DNA from: Clostridium sp. CAG:138
GTDB taxonomy: Bacteria; Verrucomicrobiota; Kiritimatiellia; RFP12; UBA1067
DNA: 47,550 nucleotides
Direction: 5' to 3'
Assembly (NCBI GenBank): GCA_963626295.1
Contig: CAVFWS010000001.1
Span: forward strand, 6,301 to 53,850
How positions within the stretch are numbered: position 1 is the stretch's first letter; each line of letters begins with the position of its first letter. Below are positions 17,744 to 26,323 of this stretch, piece by piece. The translations under genes were made by a program, and so were the position numbers. A model generated the notes under the pieces. It saw only the letters and a list, made by a program, of their open reading frames with translations, was not told the origin of the DNA and did not search any database.

Positions 17744-20377
17744 TTAATTGCTTGCGCCGGTATCTGGCTGTTCAAAGTCGTCTTGTGGGGGCTGCATGGC
17801 GTCCATTCCGCCTTCGGCTCCGATTCCAGATGCGCCTTCAGCCGCTGACGGCCCTTCGGGAATGGCAGGCGTCTGCCCCACCGGGATCGGCGCATCGAAA
17901 TCCATGAGGATGTCCCTGGGGCCGGCGCCCTTGGCCGGGCCTATGACGCCGCGTTCCTCAAGGGCGTCGATGAGCCTGGCCGCATGGTTGTAGCCAATGC
18001 CCATCTTGCGCTGAAGATGCGACGTGGACGCCCTGTTTGTGAGCCTCACCACCTCAAGGGCGCGATTGTAGAGCTCCTCCTCGTCCCTCGACCCTGCGCT
18101 TGCCGCCGAAGCCCCGCCGCCGGGGGCGCCAGTCCTCTCGTCTGCCGATGGCGCGTTGTCCGGATCGTCCTCGTTGTCGGCGAACGGGTCGGTGATCGCC
18201 GCCTCCTTCACCTTCGCGAGCTTTGACGCGAAAGTCTTGTCGAACTGGACGTTCGCGTGCTCTGCGATGAAAGCGGTGATGCGGGCTATCTCGTCGTCGG
18301 ATACCCATGCGCCCTGTGCGCGGATGAGGATTCCCTCCTTCGTCTTGTACAGCATGTCGCCGCGTCCGATCAGCGATTCGGCCCCCGTCGTGTCAAGGAT
18401 TGTGCGGGAGTCTATCGCCGATGCCGTCTTGAACGCGATGCGTCCTGGGATGTTGGACTTGATGGTGCCGGTGATCACCTTGGTGTCGGGCCGCTGCGTG
18501 GCGAGTATCACGTGGATTCCCGTGGCGCGGGCCTTCGCGGTGAGTCGGGCGATCTCGGGCTCAACCTCCTTGCCGGCGGAGGCCATCAGATCCGCAACCT
18601 CGTCGATGATTATCACGATGTACGGCACGGTGCGCGGCATGTCGTCGCCCCCCGCCTCATCGCCGCCGAACATGTCCGGCTGGGTCATGATCTCGCGTGT
18701 GTTGAAGTCCACGATGTTCCGCTTCCCGGCCTTCGCGAACATCTTAAGCCGCTTTTCCATCTCGGCGACGGCCCAGCGGAGGGAGTAGACCACCTTCTTC
18801 GTGTCCGTGACGACCGGCACGAGGAGGTGCGGAAGCATCCTGTACGCCGAGAATTCCACGCACTTCGGGTCAACCATTATGAACTTGAGCTGTTCTGGCG
18901 TGCGGCACATGAGAAGCCCGTTTATTATCGAGTTGAGGCACACCGATTTGCCTTGCCCCGTGGCGCCGGCCACAAGCATGTGCGGCATGGTCGCGAGATC
19001 GGATACGAGGTCGTGCCCGGCGGCGTCCTTGCCGAGAAGGAGGGGCAGGTTGTACTTGGCCTGGCCTTTCCTGTCCACGGATACGCTTCGCCTCCACGTG
19101 TCGGACTCTATCAGCTCGCGGAACGACACGCCAGCCGCGACCTTGTTCGGCATTTCGATGCCTACGGCGTCCTCACCCGGTATCGGGGCCTGGATGCGCA
19201 GGGATTTCGCCTTCATGGCCATCATCAGCGTGTTCTGGAGCGATTCGACCCTTTCCGGCCTCGTGCCCGGCGCAAGCGAAAGCTTGTACTGGGTGACCAC
19301 CGGGCCCTGGACCTTGTCGACAAGCGTCGCGTCAACGTCAAAGAGCTTCAGCGTCTCGATGAGCTTCTGCCCTATCGCGGCGACGTCCCCATGGTCCGCC
19401 GTGGATTTAGAAAGCGGATTCAGGAGGTTGACCCCAGGCAGCACGTACGGCCCCTTGTCTTCCTCCGGCTCTTCCGTGGCGGCGGGCTGGCCGGCGTTCC
19501 CGGCCGGTTGCGCCCGTCTGCCCTGACCCGCAATTGGCGGCTGCGGCGCCGCGTCGGACTCGGCGGATGTGCGCCGCTGTTCGGCGGCCTGCCCGGCGGC
19601 GGCCTCCCGCGCCATCTGCCTTTCGGACACCCTTGATGCCTTTGCCGCGGCGCGTTCCTCCGCAATGCGGCGCTTCTCCTCTTCCTTCGCTGCCTTGGCG
19701 GCTTCCTTTGCGGCCTTGGCTGCCTCAAGCCGTTCCCTCTCCTCCAGCCTTTCGCGTTCGCGCTCGGCAATTTCCTCGGGCGAGAGCTGCTTGCCGCCGA
19801 CGAAATTCCCGATGGACACGAGTATGGTGCGGATCCCTATGAGCGAAAGCATGGCGAAGGCCATGAGCGAGGCCATGAGGATGGATGCCCCGAACGGCGA
19901 TACGAGGCGCGACAGTCCGCAGTCCATGACGAGATAGCCCAGGGCTCCGCCCGCGTTCCGTCCGAGGTTCAGGCGCTCCAGCAGCGGCGCGATCGACGGC
20001 GAGTCCCCAAGCAGCTGGAGAAGGCAGGTCGTCGCGAACAGGAACACTATCAGGGCGAGGAACCTGAAGCCGGGGCGGAACGTCCGGCCCAGCACGAGGA
20101 GAAGCCCGAGCAGGATCGTAAGCGGCGGCACCGCCCAGATGGCAAGGCCGATGAGCAGATACCCGTAGTATGCGAACGTATCGCCGACCACGCCTATCAG
20201 GTTCGTGGATGTCTCTGGCGGTATGTTGAGCACGGGTATCGCCTGCCAGCGGTACGACATGAGCGCAAGAAGGGGGAACAGGGCTATCGGGAAGAGGAAG
20301 AATCCCAAGAGCCAGCGGCGCGTGTGCGCTTCGTTGCCGGTATGTTCCTTGACCTTGCTATTTCCCGCTTCCACCAT
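17744..20377 (-). CDS. ftsK: DNA translocase FtsK
   Basis: N-terminal TM segments, a charged low-complexity linker, motor domain with AGATGQGKS, and a C-terminal gamma-like winged helix (TSHLQRKMGIGYNHAARLIDALE). Confidence 0.92.
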   Translation of the reverse strand: MVEAGNSKVKEHTGNEAHTRRWLLGFFLFPIALFPLLALMSYRWQAIPVLNIPPETSTNLIGVVGDTFAYYGYLLIGLAIWAVPPLTILLGLLLVLGRTFRPGFRFLALIVFLFATTCLLQLLGDSPSIAPLLERLNLGRNAGGALGYLVMDCGLSRLVSPFGASILMASLMAFAMLSLIGIRTILVSIGNFVGGKQLSPEEIAERERERLEERERLEAAKAAKEAAKAAKEEEKRRIAEERAAAKASRVSERQMAREAAAGQAAEQRRTSAESDAAPQPPIAGQGRRAQPAGNAGQPAATEEPEEDKGPYVLPGVNLLNPLSKSTADHGDVAAIGQKLIETLKLFDVDATLVDKVQGPVVTQYKLSLAPGTRPERVESLQNTLMMAMKAKSLRIQAPIPGEDAVGIEMPNKVAAGVSFRELIESDTWRRSVSVDRKGQAKYNLPLLLGKDAAGHDLVSDLATMPHMLVAGATGQGKSVCLNSIINGLLMCRTPEQLKFIMVDPKCVEFSAYRMLPHLLVPVVTDTKKVVYSLRWAVAEMEKRLKMFAKAGKRNIVDFNTREIMTQPDMFGGDEAGGDDMPRTVPYIVIIIDEVADLMASAGKEVEPEIARLTAKARATGIHVILATQRPDTKVITGTIKSNIPGRIAFKTASAIDSRTILDTTGAESLIGRGDMLYKTKEGILIRAQGAWVSDDEIARITAFIAEHANVQFDKTFASKLAKVKEAAITDPFADNEDDPDNAPSADERTGAPGGGASAASAGSRDEEELYNRALEVVRLTNRASTSHLQRKMGIGYNHAARLIDALEERGVIGPAKGAGPRDILMDFDAPIPVGQTPAIPEGPSAAEGASGIGAEGGMDAMQPPQDDFEQPDTGASN

Positions 20378-20525
20378 TGGCGGAGCCTTTCATTATGAAG
20401 ATGCCCTGGGGATCGCGGGCCTCGCCGGACGAGTCCCTCATCGAGTAGTAGATCACCAGCGCAAGGACCAGGGAGATCACCTTGAGACCCCAGTTGCGCC
20501 TGAAGATGTCCAAAAACGCCGTCAC
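20358..20525 (-). CDS. 55-aa membrane peptide resembling only the N-terminal anchor of CdaR/YbbR
   Basis: GTG at 20525 overlaps the cdaA stop (GTGA). The sequence [27 protein letters not shown] matches the usual start of YbbR-domain CdaR proteins. The ORF ends after 55 codons and overlaps the ftsK start by 20 nt. Confidence 0.35.
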   Translation of the reverse strand: MTAFLDIFRRNWGLKVISLVLALVIYYSMRDSSGEARDPQGIFIMKGSANGGSGK

Positions 20526-21370
20526 TTTCCGCTGCTCCTTCCGAACTTCGCAAGCCTTTCCCTGAACCATTCCGCCGCCTTCTCGCCGACGGCCTTCTTC
20601 GCCGGCATGGCCTTCCTCACCCAGCGCAGGACGGATGCCTTGGATACTTCGCCGTCGCAATTGTAGCGGATGAGCTTGCCGTTGTGGGCGACCGATATGC
20701 GCCCGGTCTCCTCCGACACGACCAGGACCAGCGCATCCGTCTCCTCCGATATCCCCACTGCGGCCCTGTGGCGCATGCCCGATTCGTAGAGGTCGTGGTT
20801 CACCGACACCGGGAACAGGCAATGCGCGGCGGCGAGCCGGCCATTCCTTATCGTGACCCCGCCATCGTGGAGCGGCAATGGCGGCGTGAATACCGACACC
20901 AGAAGCTCCCTCGACGGGATGGCGTCGATGGCGACGCCGCTTTCCTCGTAGCCGCGAAGCGATATGCCGCGCTCGAACGCGATCAGGGCCCCGGTCTTCC
21001 TGTGGGCGAGGTCGAAGATCGCCTCGGTCATCCTTTCGGGCGTGATGTGCTTGCCGTCAAACTGGCGCGAGCCTTCCGAGAAGAGCAGGGACCCCAGGGC
21101 GGCGAGCGTGCGCCTTATCTCCGGCTGGAACAGCACCACCGTGGATAGCGCGAGGTAGAGCAGCATCATCTGGAGAAGCCTCGCCAGCACGTCGAAATGG
21201 AACAGGAACGAGAACGCTATGGATGCGCCGAACAGGATGCCCACGCCGGTAAGCACCTGCCCGAAGCGGGTGCCGCGCGCGGCCTTGAGCACCGAATAGA
21301 TCGCGAAGTACAGGATCGCGATCTGCACGACGTCGCGCGCAAGGTTCCAGTTCAGCCATTCCCACGTCAT
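20522..21370 (-). CDS. cdaA: diadenylate cyclase CdaA
   Basis: Three N-terminal TM segments. DisA_N motifs [17 protein letters not shown] and [26 protein letters not shown]. The start overlaps the ftsH stop (ATGA). Confidence 0.9.
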   Translation of the reverse strand: MTWEWLNWNLARDVVQIAILYFAIYSVLKAARGTRFGQVLTGVGILFGASIAFSFLFHFDVLARLLQMMLLYLALSTVVLFQPEIRRTLAALGSLLFSEGSRQFDGKHITPERMTEAIFDLAHRKTGALIAFERGISLRGYEESGVAIDAIPSRELLVSVFTPPLPLHDGGVTIRNGRLAAAHCLFPVSVNHDLYESGMRHRAAVGISEETDALVLVVSEETGRISVAHNGKLIRYNCDGEVSKASVLRWVRKAMPAKKAVGEKAAEWFRERLAKFGRSSGK

Positions 21371-23259
21371 TCCGTCTTCTCCAGTCCGAGCAGCGCCTCT
21401 ATGTCGCGCCCGTCCATCGACTCCTTCTCAAGGAGGGCGGTGGCGAGGCATTCGAGCCTGTCGCGGTTTTCCTTCAGGAGGTTCTCGGCCCTCGCGAACG
21501 CATCGTCGACGAGCCGCTTCACCTCCGCGTCGATGCCTTCGGCCGTCTTCTGCGAGAAGGGGGGCGGCATCGGGTCGGGCGAGAACTGGCTTGGCTCCAC
21601 GAACGACTGGAACCCGTATGCGTCGCTCATTCCGTATCTGCAGATCATGTCGCGGGCGATCTGCGTGGCCTGCCGTATGTCCTGCGCGGCGCCGGTGGAG
21701 ATGTCGCCTGTCTTGATGGACTCCGCTATGCGTCCGCCGCAGCAGATGCACATCTCGTCCATGAAGTAGCTCCTTGTGCGGTTGAGCACATCTTTCTCGG
21801 GAAGGGCCATGGTTGCGCCGAGCGCGCGTCCGCGGGGGATTATCGTCACCTTGTGGAGCGGGTCCGCGTTCGGCAGGAGCAGCTGAAGGAGCGCGTGCCC
21901 CGCCTCGTGCCACGCCGTGGTCTCCCGATCCTTGTCCGTGAGGTTGGCCGACTTGCGCTCGCGTCCCCACAGCACCTTGTCGCGGGCCTCCTCCAGCATC
22001 TCCTGCGTCACCCCGGCAAGTCCCTTGCGGACCGCAAGGAGCGCCGCCTCGTTCAGCAGGTTCGCAAGGTCTGCGCCGGAGAATCCCGGCGTGCCGCGCG
22101 CAATGCGCGCAAGGTCCGCGTCCGGCGCGAACTTTATCTTTGCGCCGTGCAGCTTCAGTATGTCCTCGCGTCCCTTGAGCGACGGGAGGTCCACGTATAT
22201 CTGGCGGTCGAAGCGGCCAGGACGCAGGAGCGCCGGGTCGAGGACGTCCGGGCGGTTCGTGGCCGCGATTATGATCACGCCCTCGTTCGCGTCGAAGCCG
22301 TCCATCTCCACGAGCATCGCGTTGAGGGTCTGGTCGTTGGAGTGGCCGCCGAACGCATTCGCGCCCGTGCGCTTCGCGCCCACGGCGTCTATCTCGTCTA
22401 TGAATATCAGGCACGGCGCGGAGCGCTTCCCCTGCTCGAACATGTCGCGCACCCGGCTCGCGCCCACGCCGACGAACATCTCCTCGAAGTCGGAGCCGGA
22501 GATGGAGAAGAACGGCACCTTCGCCTCGCCCGCGATCGCCTTGGCGAGGAGGGTCTTCCCCGTGCCGGGCGGGCCGACGAGCAGCACGCCCTTGGGAATC
22601 TTGCCGCCGAGCTTCGTGAACTTGGCTGGCGACTTGAGGAACTCCACTATCTCCTGCACCTCCTCCTTCGCCTCGTCCACGCCGGCCACGTCGTTGAACG
22701 TGACCTTCCTCTTGGACTTGTCCTCGTTCAGGAGGCGGGCCTTGGACTTGCCGAACCCGAACGGCCCGCCGCCGCCGCCCATCTTCCTGTAGAAGACGAA
22801 CCAGAAGAACCCCAGCAGCAGCAGGAAGAACAGCAGCTGCTGGAAGAGCGGGCCTATCATGGGCGAGCGCTCCGTGACGGGGCAGTCTATTCCGTTCTCG
22901 ACGAGCCAGGACATCAGCCTCTCGTTCTCGCCCGGCACGAGGCGGACCCTGAATGCGGCGTTGGTGCCCGAACGGGGCAGGTATTCGCCGCGCAGGTACG
23001 TGCTGCCGGAATCGAGGTCGCGCACGCGCTCCACCTTGGCGACGCGGCGCTCCTCCACCGCGCGCCTGAACCCGGTGACGGAGAGGTCGTCGATCCTGTC
23101 GCCGCCGGCCTGGCCCATGAAGCGCATCGCCACGAACGTGGCCGCCACGATAAGGAGCGCGAGCCACCCGCTCCTGGATGGGTTTATGTTCGCGCCCTTC
23201 GGCACGTCCCTGCCCGTACGCGCGTGCGCACGCCCCTCTTTTTTCTTCTCTTGAGACAT
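21367..23259 (-). CDS. ftsH: ATP-dependent zinc metalloprotease FtsH
   Basis: [13 protein letters not shown] Walker A, an SRH region and the HEAGHAL zinc motif. The start is trimmed to the ATG at 23259, because the upstream 25 codons run through the promoter region. Confidence 0.92.
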   Translation of the reverse strand: MSQEKKKEGRAHARTGRDVPKGANINPSRSGWLALLIVAATFVAMRFMGQAGGDRIDDLSVTGFRRAVEERRVAKVERVRDLDSGSTYLRGEYLPRSGTNAAFRVRLVPGENERLMSWLVENGIDCPVTERSPMIGPLFQQLLFFLLLLGFFWFVFYRKMGGGGGPFGFGKSKARLLNEDKSKRKVTFNDVAGVDEAKEEVQEIVEFLKSPAKFTKLGGKIPKGVLLVGPPGTGKTLLAKAIAGEAKVPFFSISGSDFEEMFVGVGASRVRDMFEQGKRSAPCLIFIDEIDAVGAKRTGANAFGGHSNDQTLNAMLVEMDGFDANEGVIIIAATNRPDVLDPALLRPGRFDRQIYVDLPSLKGREDILKLHGAKIKFAPDADLARIARGTPGFSGADLANLLNEAALLAVRKGLAGVTQEMLEEARDKVLWGRERKSANLTDKDRETTAWHEAGHALLQLLLPNADPLHKVTIIPRGRALGATMALPEKDVLNRTRSYFMDEMCICCGGRIAESIKTGDISTGAAQDIRQATQIARDMICRYGMSDAYGFQSFVEPSQFSPDPMPPPFSQKTAEGIDAEVKRLVDDAFARAENLLKENRDRLECLATALLEKESMDGRDIEALLGLEKTE

Positions 23260-23269
23260 ATAGCGGCAA

Positions 23270-23278
23270 AGTATACCA
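23270..23278 (-). promoter_or_regulatory. extended -10 promoter element (TGGTATACT) for ftsH
   Basis: The minus strand reads TGGTATACT-ttgccgctat-ATG, so only 10 nt separate the -10 from the start codon and no Shine-Dalgarno fits. An A/T tract lies just upstream. Confidence 0.5.
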
Positions 23279-23316
23279 AAAAAAAGCGGTTCCGTGGGGT
23301 CGCAATGCGCGGGAAA

Positions 23317-23325
23317 TGGTATAAT
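23317..23325 (+). promoter_or_regulatory. extended -10 promoter element (TGGTATAAT) for the methyltransferase gene
   Basis: TGGTATAAT lies 14 nt upstream of the ATG at 23340. No Shine-Dalgarno lies between them. It is divergent from the ftsH element 45 bp away. Confidence 0.5.
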
Positions 23326-23339
23326 CCCCCGCACTTGAC

Positions 23340-24974
23340 ATGGCAGAGAGACTACAACAGTGCACGATGCGGCGCAAATCGTCGCGGAAGGCGTCTGCGC
23401 GCACGGCGCACACGGTGGACGCGGCGGCGGGCGGCAATGCAGACGGCGAGGCGGCGGCGAAGAAGGTGGTCCTCGTCGGGACGTACAGGGCGGGGCAGCT
23501 GGAACGCTGGCCCGGCCTCTACAACTATCCCCTCAACGCGGGCGACACGGTTGACGCCGAGGCGGCGAAGCGGGTCAACGAGATCTGGCTCTTCAACGGC
23601 GCGAAGGGCGGACGGTACTTCGCGGCGGAGTTCGTCGGCACGTTTGCGCGCGGCGAACTCGTCCGCGACTGGGGATATCAGGCGGGTGGCGCGGCGCACG
23701 GCGAAAAGTACCTGCTCTACCGGATCCGGCCGGCCTACGCGCCCGCGAACACGCCGGACGCGCTTGCGGCGGATGTGGAGCGCGTGATCGTGCGCGCGGA
23801 GGACTTCGCGAAGCGCTCGCCGAAGATCGCGCGAGCGATCAAGGCGTATCTCGAATCGCCTGACCGCAGCGGCCCCGGCCTCGCGGACCGACTTCCGCCG
23901 GTTCTCCTGCAGGTGCCGCGCGCGGCCCTCTGCGTCTGCGAGCCGGGCGTACAGATGGAGTTCTGGAACGCTTTGCCGATGGGACCGGGGCCTTCTGCTC
24001 CGTTTGCATCGACGAGGAGCGATGTCAACATCGAGTTTGGCGATAGCCTTAGACTTTGCGAAAGGTGGGAACGTCCGACTGTGATTGTCTCCGACGGCCC
24101 CTATGGGCTGGCGAGCTATCCTGGCGATCCGGCGACGCCAGAGGGATTGGCGGACTTCTACCGTCCGTTCTTGGAAATATGGCACGACCGTGCCTTGCCG
24201 TCGGCAACCCTTTGGTTCTGGAACACCGAGCAGGGATGGGCCAATTGCCATCGGGCAATCGAAGAGGCCGGATGGAAGTTCAGGAATTGCCACATCTGGA
24301 ACAAGGGAATGTCCCATGTGGCGGGGAACTGCAACACGCGGACGATCCGCAAGTACCCTGTAGTCACGGAAGTGTGCGCCCAGTACGTGCGCAAGAACAT
24401 GTTGCCGTCGAACGGCGCGGAACTGCCGCTCAAGGACTGGATGCGCGAGGAATGGCGGCGTACGGGGCTTCCGTTTCGCCTTGCGAATGTCGCATGTGGG
24501 GTCAAGGATGCCGCAACGAGGAAATACTTTGCCTCCGACCATCTTTGGTATTTCCCGCCGTCCGAGGCATTTGTCCGCATCGCGGCCTATGCGAATGAAT
24601 TCGGAGACAAGTTAGGACGTCCGTATTTCACGAAGTCGGACGGGAAGCCTTTTTCGGCGGGCGAGTGGGATTTGATGCGTGCGAAGTTCCATTGCGAGGT
24701 GGGCGTCTCGAACGTCTGGGATCTCCCTGCCGTCCGGGGGGGCGAACGCATCAAGGAAGGGGGATCTTGTCTGCACATGAACCAAAAACCATTGCAGTTG
24801 CTTATGCGGATCATTCGATCTTCGTCCGATCCCGGAGATGTCGTCTGGGAGCCGTTCGGCGGATTGTGTTCGACGGCGATTGCGGCTGTCCGTACAGGGC
24901 GAAGGGCGTTTGCCGCGGAAATGAATCCTCGGTTCTTCGACGTCGCAAAGGAGAGGCTGTCCCATGAAACATGA
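23340..24974 (+). CDS. beta-class (N6-adenine or N4-cytosine) DNA methyltransferase with a ~205-235 aa uncharacterised N-terminal module
   Basis: The motif order IV-then-I is typical of PF01555-type enzymes. Motif IV is [11 protein letters not shown] (nt 24090-24107). [14 protein letters not shown] is the conserved QKP block. Motif I is [15 protein letters not shown]. The N-terminal ~205 codons have no motif I recognise. Alternative internal starts are at 23955 and 23979. Confidence 0.8.
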   Translation: MAERLQQCTMRRKSSRKASARTAHTVDAAAGGNADGEAAAKKVVLVGTYRAGQLERWPGLYNYPLNAGDTVDAEAAKRVNEIWLFNGAKGGRYFAAEFVGTFARGELVRDWGYQAGGAAHGEKYLLYRIRPAYAPANTPDALAADVERVIVRAEDFAKRSPKIARAIKAYLESPDRSGPGLADRLPPVLLQVPRAALCVCEPGVQMEFWNALPMGPGPSAPFASTRSDVNIEFGDSLRLCERWERPTVIVSDGPYGLASYPGDPATPEGLADFYRPFLEIWHDRALPSATLWFWNTEQGWANCHRAIEEAGWKFRNCHIWNKGMSHVAGNCNTRTIRKYPVVTEVCAQYVRKNMLPSNGAELPLKDWMREEWRRTGLPFRLANVACGVKDAATRKYFASDHLWYFPPSEAFVRIAAYANEFGDKLGRPYFTKSDGKPFSAGEWDLMRAKFHCEVGVSNVWDLPAVRGGERIKEGGSCLHMNQKPLQLLMRIIRSSSDPGDVVWEPFGGLCSTAIAAVRTGRRAFAAEMNPRFFDVAKERLSHET

Positions 24975-25893
24975 ATCGAAAAGGCGGACGACCGTGAACA
25001 TCAAGCGCATTGAACCGTCCGACACGTGGCCGCACAAAAGGCTGTGGCGTGGCGTCATCGATGCTCTCAAGGCGCTCCCCGCGCACTTCCACAGCGATAC
25101 GTTCATCGAGGGCGTGAATGCGACGGACGTTTTCACGTTGAACTCGGCGCTGGGCGCGACGATCGAGAACCAGGTTGTCGAGACGCTGAATACCATCCGG
25201 AGCGTTTGGGATCCTGACAATGCCTATGGCACGTATCTGTTTGTTAGACAGCCCCAGTCATTCCCGGATGTCATCCTGAAGAACCTTTCGGACGAGACGG
25301 CGAAGCCAATCATGGGGATTGAACTGAAAGGATGGTACCTCTTGGCGAAGGAGGCCGAGCCGAGCCTGCGATTCCAGCAGACGAGTGCGGCGTGTGCCGA
25401 GGCGGACGTGATCATGGTCGTGCCGTGGGTCTTGAACAGTGTGATCTCAGGGCGGCCTCGAATCTATTCGCCTTACATCGAGTCGGCACGGTATGCTGCG
25501 GACTATCGGAACTGGCATTGGAGGCAGATGCGGGGGGAGGGCATTGCATCGGAGATCAGCATTCCGTCCCAGGCTGAGCCGTATCCACGCAAGGCCGATG
25601 CTACAAACGACAAGCCGCAGTCGGACAATGGCAAGAATTTCGGGCGAATTGCCCGTACGGGGCTGATGGATGACTATCTGGCCAAGATGCAGCTTCAGCC
25701 AGTTTGTGGCATACGAGCCGCCTACTGGCTTGAGTTCTTCAAGATATTCCATCAAGACGCGACGGACGAGCAAATCGAGAAAGCCCTTGATCGTCTTCGT
25801 GTCAAGGTTGACGGCATCCCCGAATCGGCGCAGAAGCGGAGTTTCTTGGATGTTCTGGCCGTTCTTGAGGCACATTGTCGCGAATTGACGTAA
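24964..25893 (+). CDS. putative PD-(D/E)XK restriction endonuclease
   Basis: Overlaps the methyltransferase stop by 11 nt. Has helix Glu (GATIENQ), then FPDVIL (D102) and GIELKGW (E120, K122) with canonical PD...ExK spacing. GC is about 50-53% in hand-counted lines. Confidence 0.6.
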   Translation: MKHESKRRTTVNIKRIEPSDTWPHKRLWRGVIDALKALPAHFHSDTFIEGVNATDVFTLNSALGATIENQVVETLNTIRSVWDPDNAYGTYLFVRQPQSFPDVILKNLSDETAKPIMGIELKGWYLLAKEAEPSLRFQQTSAACAEADVIMVVPWVLNSVISGRPRIYSPYIESARYAADYRNWHWRQMRGEGIASEISIPSQAEPYPRKADATNDKPQSDNGKNFGRIARTGLMDDYLAKMQLQPVCGIRAAYWLEFFKIFHQDATDEQIEKALDRLRVKVDGIPESAQKRSFLDVLAVLEAHCRELT

Positions 25894-25913
25894 GGTGTGA
25901 CGAGGTCGTGCAG

Positions 25914-26102
25914 ATGAGCAAAAGGTATCGTGTCCTGCTGCGTGAGACGTTCACGTGCTACGTTGACGTTTGCGCGGACAGCCGCGACGAGGCGCGAGAA
26001 CTCGTCGAGGAACAGGTCGAGTGCGCCGAGATTGTCGCTCCTCGCGATTACGATGGCTTTGACCGGAAGGTTTCGGTCATGCGCAGGCTGAAAGACGAAT
26101 GA
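25914..26102 (+). CDS. small acidic protein, DpnD/PcfM-like pattern
   Basis: 62 aa, starting 20 nt after the nuclease stop with GAGG upstream. The pattern YRVLLRETFTCYVDVCADSRDEARELVEEQVECAEIV...DYDGFD resembles, from memory, small DpnD/PcfM-family proteins. An antisense ORF also exists, so the strand call rests on this pattern. Confidence 0.4.
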   Translation: MSKRYRVLLRETFTCYVDVCADSRDEARELVEEQVECAEIVAPRDYDGFDRKVSVMRRLKDE

Positions 26103-26294
26103 ATCTCGCGCTGTTCTTTTTCTGCTTTCAGCCCAGGTTGTTCTCGTCATGCCTCCCGTGCCATGCACAACGAGGGCGTCGTCGCCACGGCACATCGGCG
26201 GCAGAGGGCTGCATCCGGATCGTCAATGTCTAGATGGTGCAATGAACCGGAAATCGCAAATGAAAAAATCGGATTTATCGCTGCCCTTTCGATT

Positions 26295-26323
26295 TTGCAT
26301 ATTTCCGCGCATTGTGGTACAAT
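26295..26323 (+). promoter_or_regulatory. sigma70-type promoter for ilvC (TTGCAT-17-TGgTACAAT)
   Basis: TTGCAT at 26295-26300, a 17-nt spacer containing TG at 26315-26316, TACAAT at 26318-26323. AGGAG at 26351-26355 and ATG at 26366. Confidence 0.6.

Noticed and set aside
21428-23787. Alternative-frame ORFs across ftsH (21428..23437 minus, 669 aa; 21853..23787 plus, 644 aa)
   Set aside because: FtsH motifs (Walker A, HEAGH) fix the true frame. The others are Arg/Pro/Gly-rich out-of-frame readings.
26103-26294. Spacer between the cassette and the ilvC promoter, checked for a displaced 3' fragment of the gene apparently fused to the methyltransferase. It contains small ORFs 26149..26526 and 26163..26369 and a GC-rich patch at about 26150-26225.
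   Set aside because: Translations in all frames are short and unconvincing. No direct repeats match the left boundary (~23950). This is left as a question for BLASTX rather than a claim.
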